Made by a program: the position numbers and the translations under genes. Shown piece by piece: positions 39,227 to 59,265 of a stretch of DNA of 64,000 nt. Source of the DNA: Blastocystis sp. Blastoise (Eukaryota > Protista > Bigyra: Opalinata); assembly GCA_039096225.1 (NCBI GenBank), contig JBBPEB010000013.1, positions 310,001 to 374,000 on the forward strand. Reading direction: 5' to 3'. How positions within the stretch are numbered: the first letter of the stretch is position 1; every line of letters begins with the position of its first letter. The notes below the pieces were generated by a model that ran no database searches, was not told where the DNA came from, and saw only the letters and a program-made list of their open reading frames with translations.

Positions 39227-39980
39227 TTACTGAATAAACTGTTTTCTCCATAACATAATATTACGTTTAATATAACTTATATAAGCTCTCGAAGTAGCAT
39301 CCATAACACATGTTTTTTGAGATTGTAAATCAACGAGTAATTCTAAACAAATCTTAATAGCTTGTTGATATTTATTATAATTTTCAGCAAGTAAACATGA
39401 ATAATCAAGAATTAAACTGATATATAAATCATTATTATGGCATTTAGGACTTAACTATATACATATGAATATAGATAATTATATTCAAAAAAAAATTATA
39501 TAAAAAGAAGAAACGATCAATAAATAAATATAGTTTATATATAAAAAATATATATACTTCAAGTGCTTCCCTATACATTCGTTGTGCATTATCACGTTCT
39601 TCAGGAACAAAAACAGTCAAATTACGATAATAATCACCACAAAGTTTCTTCCATAAAAATAAGTTTTGCTTATTTGTTTCTTCTTCAGCTAATGTGTTTA
39701 AAGTATGGATGACATGATAAAGTTTTTCTTTCATTCCTTCAATAATAGCATTTGTTTTTAAATCATCAGCAAAAGAGTTGCTTCTTTTCTTTAAGGAAAT
39801 AATATCCATACAGATATGATGTAATTGTGACTTCAGTTTCTGATAATAAGTTAAAGGTTCAACACCTTCAAGAATATAGGTATTTGATAAAGTACATAGA
39901 GTAGAGAGTTTTCGGGTAATTTCATCTATGAGCTCATCTTCATTTAAAATGTCTTGTTGTGTAGCGACCATAGTAAACAT
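39227..39980 (-). CDS. Highly divergent 14-3-3-like protein, 2 exons
   Basis: KLCGDYYRNL, AQRMYREALE, SLILDYSCLL and IKRNIMLW correspond to 14-3-3 KMKGDYYRYL, LALNFSVF and LRDNLTLW. Confidence 0.75.
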
Positions 39981-40141
39981 GAATAGATAAAGAGTAAATC
40001 TGTTGATTAAATAACAATATATTTATCTTAAACTTTTTAGTTAAAATATATAACCAGAATCCATATAAGAAAAAAGCAGTAGTGTGTGTCATGTTAAGAC
40101 AAAAAAACGATTCTCTTTCATGATTCCACAGTTTCATTATA

Positions 40142-41567
40142 CAATCAGTGCCAAAACCTGACAACCTCGGTTTTTTTTTTAAACTGGCGAGTTTTTCTTT
40201 GTTTTTTTTTTATTAAGTCATTTGTCATCAAAGGTTGTATTGACTATTAAAACAGGGAAACAAAACAAATAAGCGTCATGGAAAAAAATTTAAAAAACCA
40301 TTTTTTTGAATTGAAACACAAATATTAATATCTTGTAAATCCACCATTATTGGCTATTACTGCCTCAATTCTTTTCGGCATTGATAAAACAAGCCTTTCA
40401 CATACATTTACAGGTATTGACCTCCATATCTTGTCAACTTCGACCTTTAGTTGACTCAAAGTATATCCGCAATGGGAATTTCTTTGTAATCTTCTTTTAA
40501 TATAGACCCAAAGATGTTCAATGGGATTAAGGTCTGGGGACTGTGGAGGCCAATCAATCACTGTAAGTTGAGCAGTTTTAAAGAAACTATTCATCTTTTT
40601 TGACTTGTGAATAGGAGCATTATCCTGTTGGAATACCATAGTTTTGGGGTCAATTTGCAATTTTTCCACGGTTGACGGAAGAGTTCGACCAAGAGTTTCT
40701 CCATACTTTAATGATGTCACATGACCATCAAGGACCTCCATTTGACCAGCACCATGTTGCGTCATACATCCCCAAATCATAATCGATTTTCCATCGTTTT
40801 TCATGGTTGGAATGATTTCTGACGGCTTATTTGGAGAACCAGGTTTCTTCCAATAGTATTCTTGAAAGGTTGATTGATGTGTTCTAATAGAACACTCGTC
40901 AGACCAGAGGACGTTTTCCCAGAAACTTATTGGCATATTTCGGTATTTTAAACACCAATCCAATCGGACTTTTCTATTTTTCTCCGATATGAGTGGTTTA
41001 TGAAGCTTCTTTTTGGCGACGTAACCAACAGCATGGAGTCCTCTAATAAAGGACCTTTTTGAGACATGAGTACCGGTTTTCTTTTGGAAGATATCCAATA
41101 AAACGCTAGAGTTCTCAGAGCTTTTTGGGACAATATTATTGATTTCTCGTAAATTAGAAGGAGTTAAAACTTGTGGTCTTCCACCTTTCTTAGTTGACTT
41201 GGACATATTGTATTGGGACCTTCTACGGGCAACAGTTCTAAGCGAACAATGAAAATGAATGGCAATCTGTTCATCCGTGTACCCGTCTCTTATCATCTTT
41301 CTAAACTCTCTTTCAGTTATAACGACGTATTTACCCATACACAACTTATTTTTAAAGAATAAAACTATTTTTAAAGGGTTAAAAAAGGTCTCAGAGTAAT
41401 TGTGTTCCAATTAAAATTTCTGTTTTTCCAAAACCACTAATTATATATTCTAGAAATTTCTAGAATATATTCTACATGTTATTACAATTCAAACAAAAAA
41501 AACCGCGTCAAAAAATTCCCCGTAACTATTGAAAACGATAAGGGTTGTCAGGTTTTGGCACTGATTG
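40142..41567 (-). mobile_element. Tc1-family DNA transposon, 1,426 bp, with 25-bp perfect TIRs and TA target-site duplication
   Basis: TA|CAATCAGTGCCAAAACCTGACAACC (40142-40166) and GGTTGTCAGGTTTTGGCACTGATTG|TA (41543-41567); visibly higher GC than the flanks. Confidence 0.95.
40325..41338 (-). CDS. Tc1 transposase (DD34E), intronless, 337 aa from the probable ATG
   Basis: HTH region and GRP motif; WSDE; IWGCM; QQDNAPIH, then 34 aa to the E of WPPQSPDLNPIE; GGFTRY end. Confidence 0.95.
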   Translation of the reverse strand: MGKYVVITEREFRKMIRDGYTDEQIAIHFHCSLRTVARRRSQYNMSKSTKKGGRPQVLTPSNLREINNIVPKSSENSSVLLDIFQKKTGTHVSKRSFIRGLHAVGYVAKKKLHKPLISEKNRKVRLDWCLKYRNMPISFWENVLWSDECSIRTHQSTFQEYYWKKPGSPNKPSEIIPTMKNDGKSIMIWGCMTQHGAGQMEVLDGHVTSLKYGETLGRTLPSTVEKLQIDPKTMVFQQDNAPIHKSKKMNSFFKTAQLTVIDWPPQSPDLNPIEHLWVYIKRRLQRNSHCGYTLSQLKVEVDKIWRSIPVNVCERLVLSMPKRIEAVIANNGGFTRY

Positions 41568-42407
41568 TATGTCTAAAAAAAAGGCGAGAACGCTTTGGTG
41601 CGTTTTCGTTATCTAACGTGACCCAAAAATATATCTAACGCGAAAAACGTGCCTACTAGTGTATATTTTGTTTTTTTTATTTTGTTTTATTTTAGTCAGA
41701 TGAAATAGTATTTTCTTGTCATTATTAAAGTATTATTTCATAATCATTCGTTATTTCGCACTGAAATAATATTAAACAAATAATATAACATCTATTTTAT
41801 TTATCGACAAGTTTTAATATATTATTTGAAACCAACTATACGAATTGCTTCAAAAGATGGCAATTTATTATTCAAATTATACATATTAAACTTGCTTATA
41901 TCATCACCCAATCTTACATTATATAAAGAAGGCATTGAAATTTATTATGTGAGTAAAATATCATTAAAATCAATATAATTATTATGGTATTCAAGGTATT
42001 ACAAAAGGAGATCCACTACAATTAGCTCAATGCATACTATCAAACATTATAGGCAACTATAAGAAATTATTTAGAAGAAAATAAGTCCATGAGAAAACAT
42101 ACATGCAATAAATTTAAAAAAAAACGTAATACAAATATTTTACATTTATTTTTAATAAGACTAGAAATGATATTTAGTTTCTATAAAATGGATAATCTAA
42201 CATCGTTGTAAAAGATATCACTATTTTGTACAAATATATCTCTGAAAATCTATATGACAAGACTTATAGTTTTCTTATGCAAAAAAAACTCTTCAACAAC
42301 AATGTATACAGTTTATAATTAGAAAAAACTCAAGAATTATCAGGTTTGTCATTATTTCAGAGTATTTCTTGTTTTTATATCATAATTCATAAATAAGATA
42401 AAAAGAA

Positions 42408-45788
<3,381 letters not shown>

Positions 45789-46090
45789 TTCAAAAATATA
45801 TTTATTATTATTAATTTATGTGAATCGCATTTTTTTTTCTTTTTCTTATATTCACTTTATTCTCTTCTTCTTATTATTTAGTTGATTTTTTCTTTTAAAA
45901 TATAAATTTGTTTGTTTTGTCAATAAATGATTTCTTTCCACTATGAATAAACAACAAGATTTTTAAAATGAATTGTGAACACTTAATTAACTATATCAAG
46001 TTTTATTTTATATCTTTAAAGTATCAATATATATATTATAATAAAAAAAAATTATATTTTAATAGAGTATGAAATAATAGAATATGAAGA

Positions 46091-48650
46091 TTAATTATAA
46101 TTAGCAAGAATTGTACCAACAGAAAATAAAGCATTTAAAGCATCAATAACTTCATCTGTTTGATCAGGAATAGCTATTAATTTATCAATACTATTTTGAA
46201 TATTATTCTTTAAATTAATGAAATCTTGTTGAGTCATATTTATCGTATTCCCTTGATTATTTTGATTTATTGAAGATACTTGAGATGGCATAATACTTGG
46301 AGGTACAATACCGTTATCTTGAACATTAATATTTAATGGAGTGTTAGGATTACTATTTGCAAGAGAAGGTAAACTATTCAAATCTATTACATTATTATTA
46401 TTATTCATATTATTATTCATATTCATATTATTATTATTATTATTCATATTCATATTATTATTCATATTCATATTATTATTTATATTATTATTATTATTCA
46501 TATTCATATTCATATTCATATTATTATTCATATTATTATTCATATTCATATTCATATTATTATTCATATTCATATTATTATTAAGATCAAGTCCATTTAA
46601 TCGGTTTGCTAATAAATCAATAGGATCACTTTCAGTTGAATTCAGCACTAATGAAGGATGCTGAAGTTGATTTTTAGAAGTATCAACAGATGATGGTATA
46701 GTATAAGAAGAAGAAGCAACATTAGAAGGGAAAAGAGGGATATTAGTTGCAGATGGATTCAAAGGAGTATTTACTGAAGGAAGATCTATATTTATAAAAC
46801 ATAATAATAATGATAATAAATATAATAATAATGATAATAAACAAAATAATAATAATAATAAATATAAAATAATGATAATAAACAAAATAATAATAATAAT
46901 AATAATAATAAACATAATAATAATGATAAATACATACCTTGATTAAGCATATTTGTAATATCCGTATCATTATCTAATGCGCTTAAAAGAGGGTCTAAAG
47001 ATAGATCTGAAGGATCAATATTATTATTGTTATTATTATTATTATTTGGTACATATTCAACAGCATTGCTATTCACAATATTGGGTATAACAGGCATAAT
47101 GCCATTTAGTTGAGGAGAAGAAGGAATATCAGTCGGTGCATTAGAAACAATAGATGGTACATTAGGAACAACAGTAACAGAAGATATATCTCTAGTCATT
47201 ATATTTTGATTTATATTATTCGATTCATCATCGTTAAATGCTGTTACAGAAATAGAGGGAACTATCCCAACGCCATTATACGTAGTAGGATTTGGTTTAT
47301 TAAGATCGTGAACAGAATTAGTATTTGAATTTGATTGAGGGACAACTGATGATGAAGAAGCAACATATACTATATATATAGAGTATATATAAAATATAAT
47401 AAAAACTTTTGAATTAATATATAATTAATGTTATAGATAAGATACCATTCTTTGACTCAGGATTAGGTTCAGATATGTTTTCCGAAGGAGTCTATATATA
47501 TATATATATTATAGTTAAAAATGTATGGATACATAAATATATAATTATATAAAAGAATAAATATAAATATATTTACATTAATAGTTTGAATAGGTTTTAT
47601 AGGTGTTACAGAGATAGGTATAGCAGGAGTAGATGCATTATTCGTATTAATAGTATTATTATTAGTAGTATTATTAGAATTAACACCAATAAAAGGGGAA
47701 ACAGTAGTAGCAGGAGAGGTAGTAGAAGAGGAAGGAGACAGGTTCATTTGAGATACTGGACGCTTTTCTATATTATAATATATCATTATTATATTTATAT
47801 TTATAAAATAATAAAAATATAATTATAATATAATAATAATATAAGCATAATAATAAATTGTTTAATATATTATAATTAATAATATATATACTAAGAATAC
47901 GTTTGTTGGGTATATTCTTTTGAGGATAGGTTTGACCCACAAAAGCATACTGGGCACATACCGATTTCCAACGACAATAATCTAGTTTTGAAAGACTCTA
48001 TAGAATATATATATGTATATATATATATAGAATAATATAAATTTATAGAATAATATAAATTTATAGAATAATTATTATATATAGAATAATATAAATATAT
48101 AGAATAATATAAATATATAGAATAATATAAATATATAGAATAATATAAATATATAGAATAATATAAATATATAGAATAATATAAATATATAGAATATAAA
48201 AATTTATAGAATAACAGATATATATACATCTCGAGAAAGTGGTCCAAAGATATCTTGAGTTTCAAATAATAATCCAGCTTGAGAAAATAAATATGCAGAT
48301 TCAATAGGAATAGATCCGAATCCTACAGCTTCATGAATTTCACATGATTGAAGAGCATTATTAGCATAATCATTTAAGATTTTTTTATAATCTTCATTAT
48401 CAAAGTTACAATAAGCTTTTGTATTTTGAATGTATTTCTTCAAAGAAAGAACAAAACTATTAATTTTCTGCTGTTCTTCAATCGGATATTTATCAATAAT
48501 ACTGATTGAAATCAAGCATGCTTTCTGTCTTAAACAGTTAGCAACTATCTCATCTGCTTTACAATCACCATTCTTTTCAATATCGACAGCTAATTTTAAA
48601 TAGGGACAGCACTCTTGAACTTGAGGAGGTACTATGATATTCTGACTCAT
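46091..48650 (-). CDS. VTA1-like protein (N-terminal MIT-like region, Ser/Pro/Asn-rich linker)
   Basis: CCPYLKLA..; FSQAGLLFETQDIFGPLSRDSLSKLDYCRWKS resembles the Vta1 N-terminal FGEL..KYAKWKA block. Confidence 0.6.
48028..48200. repeat. Intronic 18-bp minisatellite (ATAGAATAATATAAATAT)
   Basis: About 9 tandem copies. Confidence 0.9.
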
Positions 48651-49356
48651 TATATAAACAAAACTCTTTAAAATATAAACTTAAAACAAAAGAAACTGAA
48701 ATAAGATTCTAGTATGTGTTTTATTAAAAAAATTCTCTTAAAAAATATGTACAGTTCGTTGAATGATGCTGAATTAATATTAATTTATTTTTATCTTCTA
48801 TTTTGATTGTTTAGAAACTATAATCGAGAATGAAATAGATGATATATGAAGATACAAACATTCTAAAGATTGTTGTTCTATTCGACAAAAGTTTTGTAAT
48901 TACATTTTTTTTAGATGTTTTCCTTTCTTTTTTTTTTCTTTTCTTTCTAATAATCTTAGAATGGAACAGTTATATGTGCTTGTAAAACAATGGTTCTGTA
49001 ATGAATATCTATATATTTATTCACATTATTAGTCATTTTTTTAAAGTTTTTTTTTAAAGTTCTTTTTGCTTCACAGATCATTTCGTTTATATTCAAATAT
49101 TATGAAAATAATTAAAATATCTAGATCTCCTATTCTACAACAACAACAACAAAATATTTAGTTATTTATATTTAAAAAAATAGGTTTTTAATAGCATAAG
49201 AAAATGGAAAAGAATAAATATATCGTGTTGAATAATTAATGAATTTCATCACTATATTCATAAATATATGAATAAAACTTTATTAAAAATTCAAAGTATA
49301 ACTATGAGAATATATACATATATATCATAATAGATAAAGAGTATATAAAAAAAAGA

Positions 49357-50149
49357 TTAATTCATTAAATCGTTAGCAGCGGCGTTCACATCATCATATC
49401 GCTTCTTTAATGCACGAATACATTCCTCCCGTGGGAATCCCATTCCCTAGTCATATATATATATAATATATAATAATAATAATAATTGTTTCATGTAATA
49501 GAATAGTATTCAAGAATATATTTAAGGAATGATAATTATAATAGAATATTATTATAAGAAATAATAATAATAATGTAATGTAATATTATTCAAAGAATAT
49601 ATTTAAAATATATATATATAATAATAGTATAAGAATAAATTTAAAAATCATTATTATTCATTATATATACCATTAATGTTTCAATATGATCTTCAGTTAC
49701 TTCAATATGATCTGTAAATGAATCATTATTCATTTCATTATTTGTGTCATTATGATCAAATAACCGCGGGTCATAAGGAGGAACATCTCCTTCTACGTAT
49801 TCTTCATTCTCTCTATTATTATTTCCATGAATAGGAAACACATTTCGAGGATAAAAATGATTTAAATATTCATTCTCAACAGCATTTGGATTTCCAAATT
49901 GACCAAAGAAACCAATATTATTTTGATATCTATTTGGAGGAGGTTGAACGGATTGAATCAAAGCAGAGAAGAATGACTATATATAATATATATATAATAT
50001 TATTAAATATATATATAATATTATTAAATATATATATAACTAATAAAGACACATACCATAATAGATGAGTAGAGAGAAACAGGAATAGTAAAAGGAAGAC
50101 GATGAGAGGACCCAGGACAATAATAAATAGCAATAAGAATACCTATGTT

Positions 50150-50187
<38 letters not shown>

Positions 50188-51026
50188 TAAAAAATAATAT
50201 ACTAATAAATATATAAAAATTAAAAAAATATATATAATAAATAAATAAATAATAAAAATAAATAAATATACAAATATTAAAAATAAATAAATAAATAAAT
50301 ATTAAAAATAAATAAATATACAAATATTTAACATAAATAAATATACAAATAAAGGATTCGATAACGGAAGCGGTTCCTTCTCTGAAAAGTGTAATAATCA
50401 TAAGAATACTGATAATAAGTTTTTTAGATATAAATAGATTTGTGGATAATTGATAACTATCGTTTCTTGTAGAAGGAATCATCTTTATATAAAAAACAAG
50501 AAGGAAGGAAATGAGATAATAGCATCCATGTGAATAAAGATGAAGAAACATTAATATTGTCTTTATAACAAAACCAACAACGAAGAAAAAGAATGAATAG
50601 GAAACAAACGAATGAGATCCAATCTATATACAAAATATATCAATATAAACTGAGACTCACAAAAATATATAGAAATACCATGACTTCAACGAGTTGAAGG
50701 TTATATAAAAGATACAATGCAACACAAAAAGTGAAATAACTAGATAAAAAATAATGTAGATGACATTGAAATATCAAATATAATTATTATGTATACTCTT
50801 TGAACGTAAATAGTGAGTCAAATAGACTCCAAAATGAAACTTCTAATAAAAGTAAGAGTAAACAATGATGAATCAATACCATCAGTTGAGAATCCATAAA
50901 GGAACGTCTTGATAAATGAAAAGAACACAAGTGACCCAAATAAAAGTCTAGTAATTGGAGAATTTTCTACAAAATGATATAGGGTTAACAAGAACTATAC
51001 ATACCAAACCCTGTCGATAATGCCAT
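49357..51026 (-). CDS. UBAC2/Dsc2-like rhomboid pseudoprotease with C-terminal UBA domain, about 7 exons
   Basis: MALSTGFENSPITRLL; several TM segments; LVEVMIGSHSF; C-terminal IETLMGMGFPREECIRALKKRYDDVNAAANDL. Confidence 0.7.
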
Positions 51027-51283
51027 TCTTCAAATAATAGTATATACAAAGATATAAAGGCAAATGAATAATTTGTTTTAGAAAAAAAGAAAAACTTCTG
51101 TCAAAGTGAAGAAATAATTACGGTTTTAGATTCAACAAAATTTGGAAAGAATTTTTTTTTAGAAACTTTGTCAAAATTGGAAAATAAGAAAAAAACGTGG
51201 GGAAATCGAAAAAATAAGTATCGATATTTGAATATCACCTTATCCTCCTTTTTGTCTTAAATAAGATTTGAGCATTAAATTGA

Positions 51284-52320
51284 ATGCCTAGACCTTCAAA
51301 AGTATAAGTTAGATTATGAGAAAGTGTTATCTATCATATATAGAAATCAGCAAAAAGAAAATCTGAGAATTTTGACATGGACGCAAAACAACGAAAGTTT
51401 CCTGAAGATGACGACATAACTCCTGAAGAAATTAAGAAAATGACAGTTAGACAATATTTCGAATATCGCGCAGAATATATGGCTCAAGTATGTTTGTTAT
51501 CTTGTTAGTTTCTTTTCTATTATAATTTATTCTTTGATTTAGATGATCATTGCACATAACGATGAACTTGTGAAGAAATTAAAAGATGATTACAATACAG
51601 CTAGATCTAGCGCTTTAGCTCCATATGAAAAAGAACTAGCTGTTCCAGAAAAATCAGAAGATATAGTCATTCGTCTTGATGCTATCGAAGGTCCACATAA
51701 AGATGCAGTATTCTTTGTACATCCTAAGAAGGTATTTTTTATGTTATATTATATTTTATTATAGATTTTTATGTTATATTTTTAATAAATATTTCATTTT
51801 ATTTTTTTTTTTTTATTAAATATTTTTAATAAATATTTTTATTAAATATTTTATTAAATATTTTATTAAATATTTTATTATTTAACATATTTTGATGATT
51901 CTATAGTCGTCATATAACAATAGGAAGAAGTACAAGTGATAATGTTGTTCGTAATGGAGTCAGTTTATCGGATGATCCTGAAGTATCTACGACACATGCA
52001 AAGGTATATATATTTATATATATATTTATATTTAAGACTATTTTTTTTTTTTTAATTATTATATATATAATAATTAATATTATTTATATAGATTTTTTTA
52101 CGTGGTAAACAAGTTATTCTTAAAGATACACATAGTATGAATGGAACATATGTAAATAAGTATATATATATATATATATAATTATAATAATTTTACTAAT
52201 AATATTAATAATGAACTATAATAATAATAATACTATAGAGAAATGATTCAAGATGAAGCAAAACTTAAGAATGGTGATGAGATTATGGTGGGTGCAACAG
52301 TATTGATTGTATCTATGTAA
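51284..52320 (+). CDS. FHA-domain protein, 6 exons
   Basis: IEGPH; TIGRS; DPEVSTTHA; LKDTHSMNGTYVN; LKNGDEIMVG. Confidence 0.9.
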
Positions 52321-52714
52321 TTCTTATATACAATATAGTATTTATACTCTAAGATTATTTTTATCTTATATCTATGTTAATTATATTTCTTTTCTATTTA
52401 ACATTTGTAATATTTAAAATGATTTCTTATATAACCATAAGTATCTTTTAGAACTTAGTTCCATATATTCTCTTCTTCTTTCTATCTTTTTCACTTTTTT
52501 TTTTAATAAAATGATTATCTCTTTTTGTATCAAATTTTAAAACATATTTGTATATGTATATATATACGCTCTATTCAATTGCTTTCAGCATTTATATAGT
52601 TATTATAGTATCTTGTTTTGTTTATGTCATTTTAAATAATAAACTAAAAAAAACACTATAAAAGAGACTAGCTGATGATTTATTCTATTCTTTATTCTAA
52701 TTATATAAATAACA

Positions 52715-56459
<3,745 letters not shown>

Positions 56460-56703
56460 CAATACTATTTATAAAAGATCTTTATCCAAATAATCCTTCT
56501 CTATGTTTAAAAACAAATAAATAATTTCCCTCTTTTCCTTTTTTATTAATTTTGATTGGATATCAGAAATATCTCTTTTATTCCATTTGCAGATATATTC
56601 AGAAAGAGGGAATGTTGATATTATTTATATTTCAAAAGTCTCTAAAGCAAATAAGATACATGATTACATAATCTAAAAAATATAATTATTTTTGTTATTT
56701 GTC

Positions 56704-58947
56704 ATGATACAATCTTTAGAAACACTTGCTAAGTATCTTTGATTAGTTTAAGCATATATTTATTATAATATAGTTTCATTAAAGGATTAAATGAGCGACA
56801 ATCAAAGTTATCAGAATTATTCCAAAAAGTATTTTTATCAAATCTTTATTATTATTCTATGTTATCTTGATTTGTTTATAGATAAATAACAATAAAATAG
56901 ATAATGAAAATGATAATAAAGAAGAATTAGCGATAATTGAAAAATACCAACATGAATATCCTGAACTCCTTGGAGATAATGTATTTATGACTATATAAAA
57001 ACGTGATTAAAAAACTAATTAGATATCTATGAAAGCAAATTCTTTGTTAGCTATTAAAGTGAAGTATATAGTTATTATTAGATACTTTATAAACATAGAG
57101 AAGAATTAGAATTAAAGAAAAGTGAGACTGTAATAAAAAAGATTCTTTGTGAAATAACTTCTTTGAAAACACGACAAAATTCATTACATGAGCAAATCAC
57201 ACATTTACAAACAGAATTAGAAGAGAAAAAACAAGATTGTGATCAATTAAATAATCAGTATTTAAATTTATATGTATAAATATATATATATATATAGATA
57301 TGAAAATATAAATAAAGATATATCACAAGTAGGATATACAATAAAATCTATCCAAACACTTTTATTAGCTTCAAATGAAAATGTATATATATGTTATAAT
57401 AATAGTTATATATATATATGTTATAATAGTAGTTTAATATATATATGCTATAATAGTAGAAATAAATATATATATTATAATAGTTGTTATAAATATATAT
57501 ATGCTATAATACTAGTAATAAATAAATATATAATATATATATATGTTAAAAATTATTCATTAACTATATGTATATCTATAATAATAATTATTAAAAATAA
57601 TTATATTTTAGAATTAATTGATTCTATATAAATAATATATATGTAGTTAATAAAGAATAAAGAAAAGTATATGAATTTAAAGAATGAATATGATCAAATA
57701 AATAATAAACAAAATCAAGTAATTTTCTATATATTTATTTGTTATATATATATAGATATTAAACGATATTGAGGAAAAGAAACATCAAATAGAAGACAGT
57801 AAAACTATATATGCACAATTAGAAGTACATCTAAAAAATGTATATATGTTTTTATAGTATATATTATATAATAGATTGAGAAAGAAATAGAATCATCTCG
57901 TCAGAAAAAAGACTTGAAAATTGAAGAAATTTCCTGTGGGAAACAAGCAGTTTTACAGTTACAAATTGATATTCAAAATGTAAATATATATACATATATA
58001 ACAATATATATATATATGTTATATATACATATATATTATATTTATAGCAGACAAAGATAGTAGAAAGCTTAGAGTGTCAAAAGAAAACTTTATCACAAGA
58101 ATATGAAGAGTTATTATTAAAAGAGAAAGAAGCAAAGAATAGTATTATGGAAAAAGAACAACAAGTATATTAATTATACTATTATTAATTTATAGAATAG
58201 TATTATACATTCTTTTTATTATTATTTATGTATGTATATTAAATATATTACCATTATGTATAGATTCTTAAAGAAAAGTGTGTTTCTGCATTAAAGTCGA
58301 TGGATAAGAAAGAAGTAGCAATTGATAAGGATGAATATATTGAGTCTAGCCAAATACCTATAGTGAAGAATTCTAATGAGAATAACATGAATACTATAGA
58401 TCATAATAATAATGATAATGATCAACATGATAATAATGATATGAATGAATATAATAATGATAATAATCAATATAATAATGATAATAATATATCAAGTCAA
58501 AAATCATCAAGTAATATGATATCTTCTAGAGATATACAAGAGAAACAAGAGAAGATTGATGTTATTCAACGAGAATCTTCTTCTCCTCCATTATATTCAT
58601 CTCAATCTAATAAATCAGATACACTAAGTCAATCAATTGTTTTATTATCTACTTCTGTTACTCTTGATATTGAGAATAAAAATAGTATTCATAATAAAAA
58701 AAGACCTAGAGAAGATATAGAATATGATTCTTATCATAAATCTATAAATATAGATAATGAAGAGAAGAAAAAGAAAAAGAAAACAATGGATATAGATTAT
58801 GAAGATAGTATTCTCTTAGAAAAAGAAAATACAAATATAAAAAAGGAATCACCAAAAGGATTTATTGAATATATACATTCATTAGAAGTAGAAGACTCTG
58901 AATATAGTCATAAAACCATTTTTGATGATTTTAATGACTTTTGGTGA
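56704..58947 (+). CDS. Coiled-coil hypothetical protein, about 10 exons
   Basis: Exons join in frame into an E/K/Q/L heptad-rich sequence with a low-complexity tail ending IFDDFNDFW*. Confidence 0.65.
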
Positions 58948-59265
58948 ATTAAAGAATAATGTTTATATTATTTTATATTACTTTTGTAAAAATATTTAAA
59001 ATACTGACAAAAATGTGTTGTCTTCTCTATATTATACTTTTATTCTAAACAAAACAAAAATATTTTTAAAAAATAGAGAGAGTATCAATGTGGAAAACAA
59101 GAAATGATATTCATAAAAATTAATCATACCACAAAATCGCACATGAATATAAAAATGAATATTTATATCAAAATAATATATAATTTTTTGTTTTTTCAAT
59201 TTATAATTCTTTTCTTATATATATATATAAATATAATAACTCTACTTGTGTTGTAAAATAGTTTA

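Noticed and set aside
41339-41410. N-terminal extension of the transposase in the ORF track
   Set aside because: Begins at TTG; the first ATG at 41338 gives a typical 337-aa Tc1 transposase
56732-56773. GTATCTTT donor as a U12 GT-AG intron
   Set aside because: Mismatch to GTATCCTT and no CCTTAA branch motif
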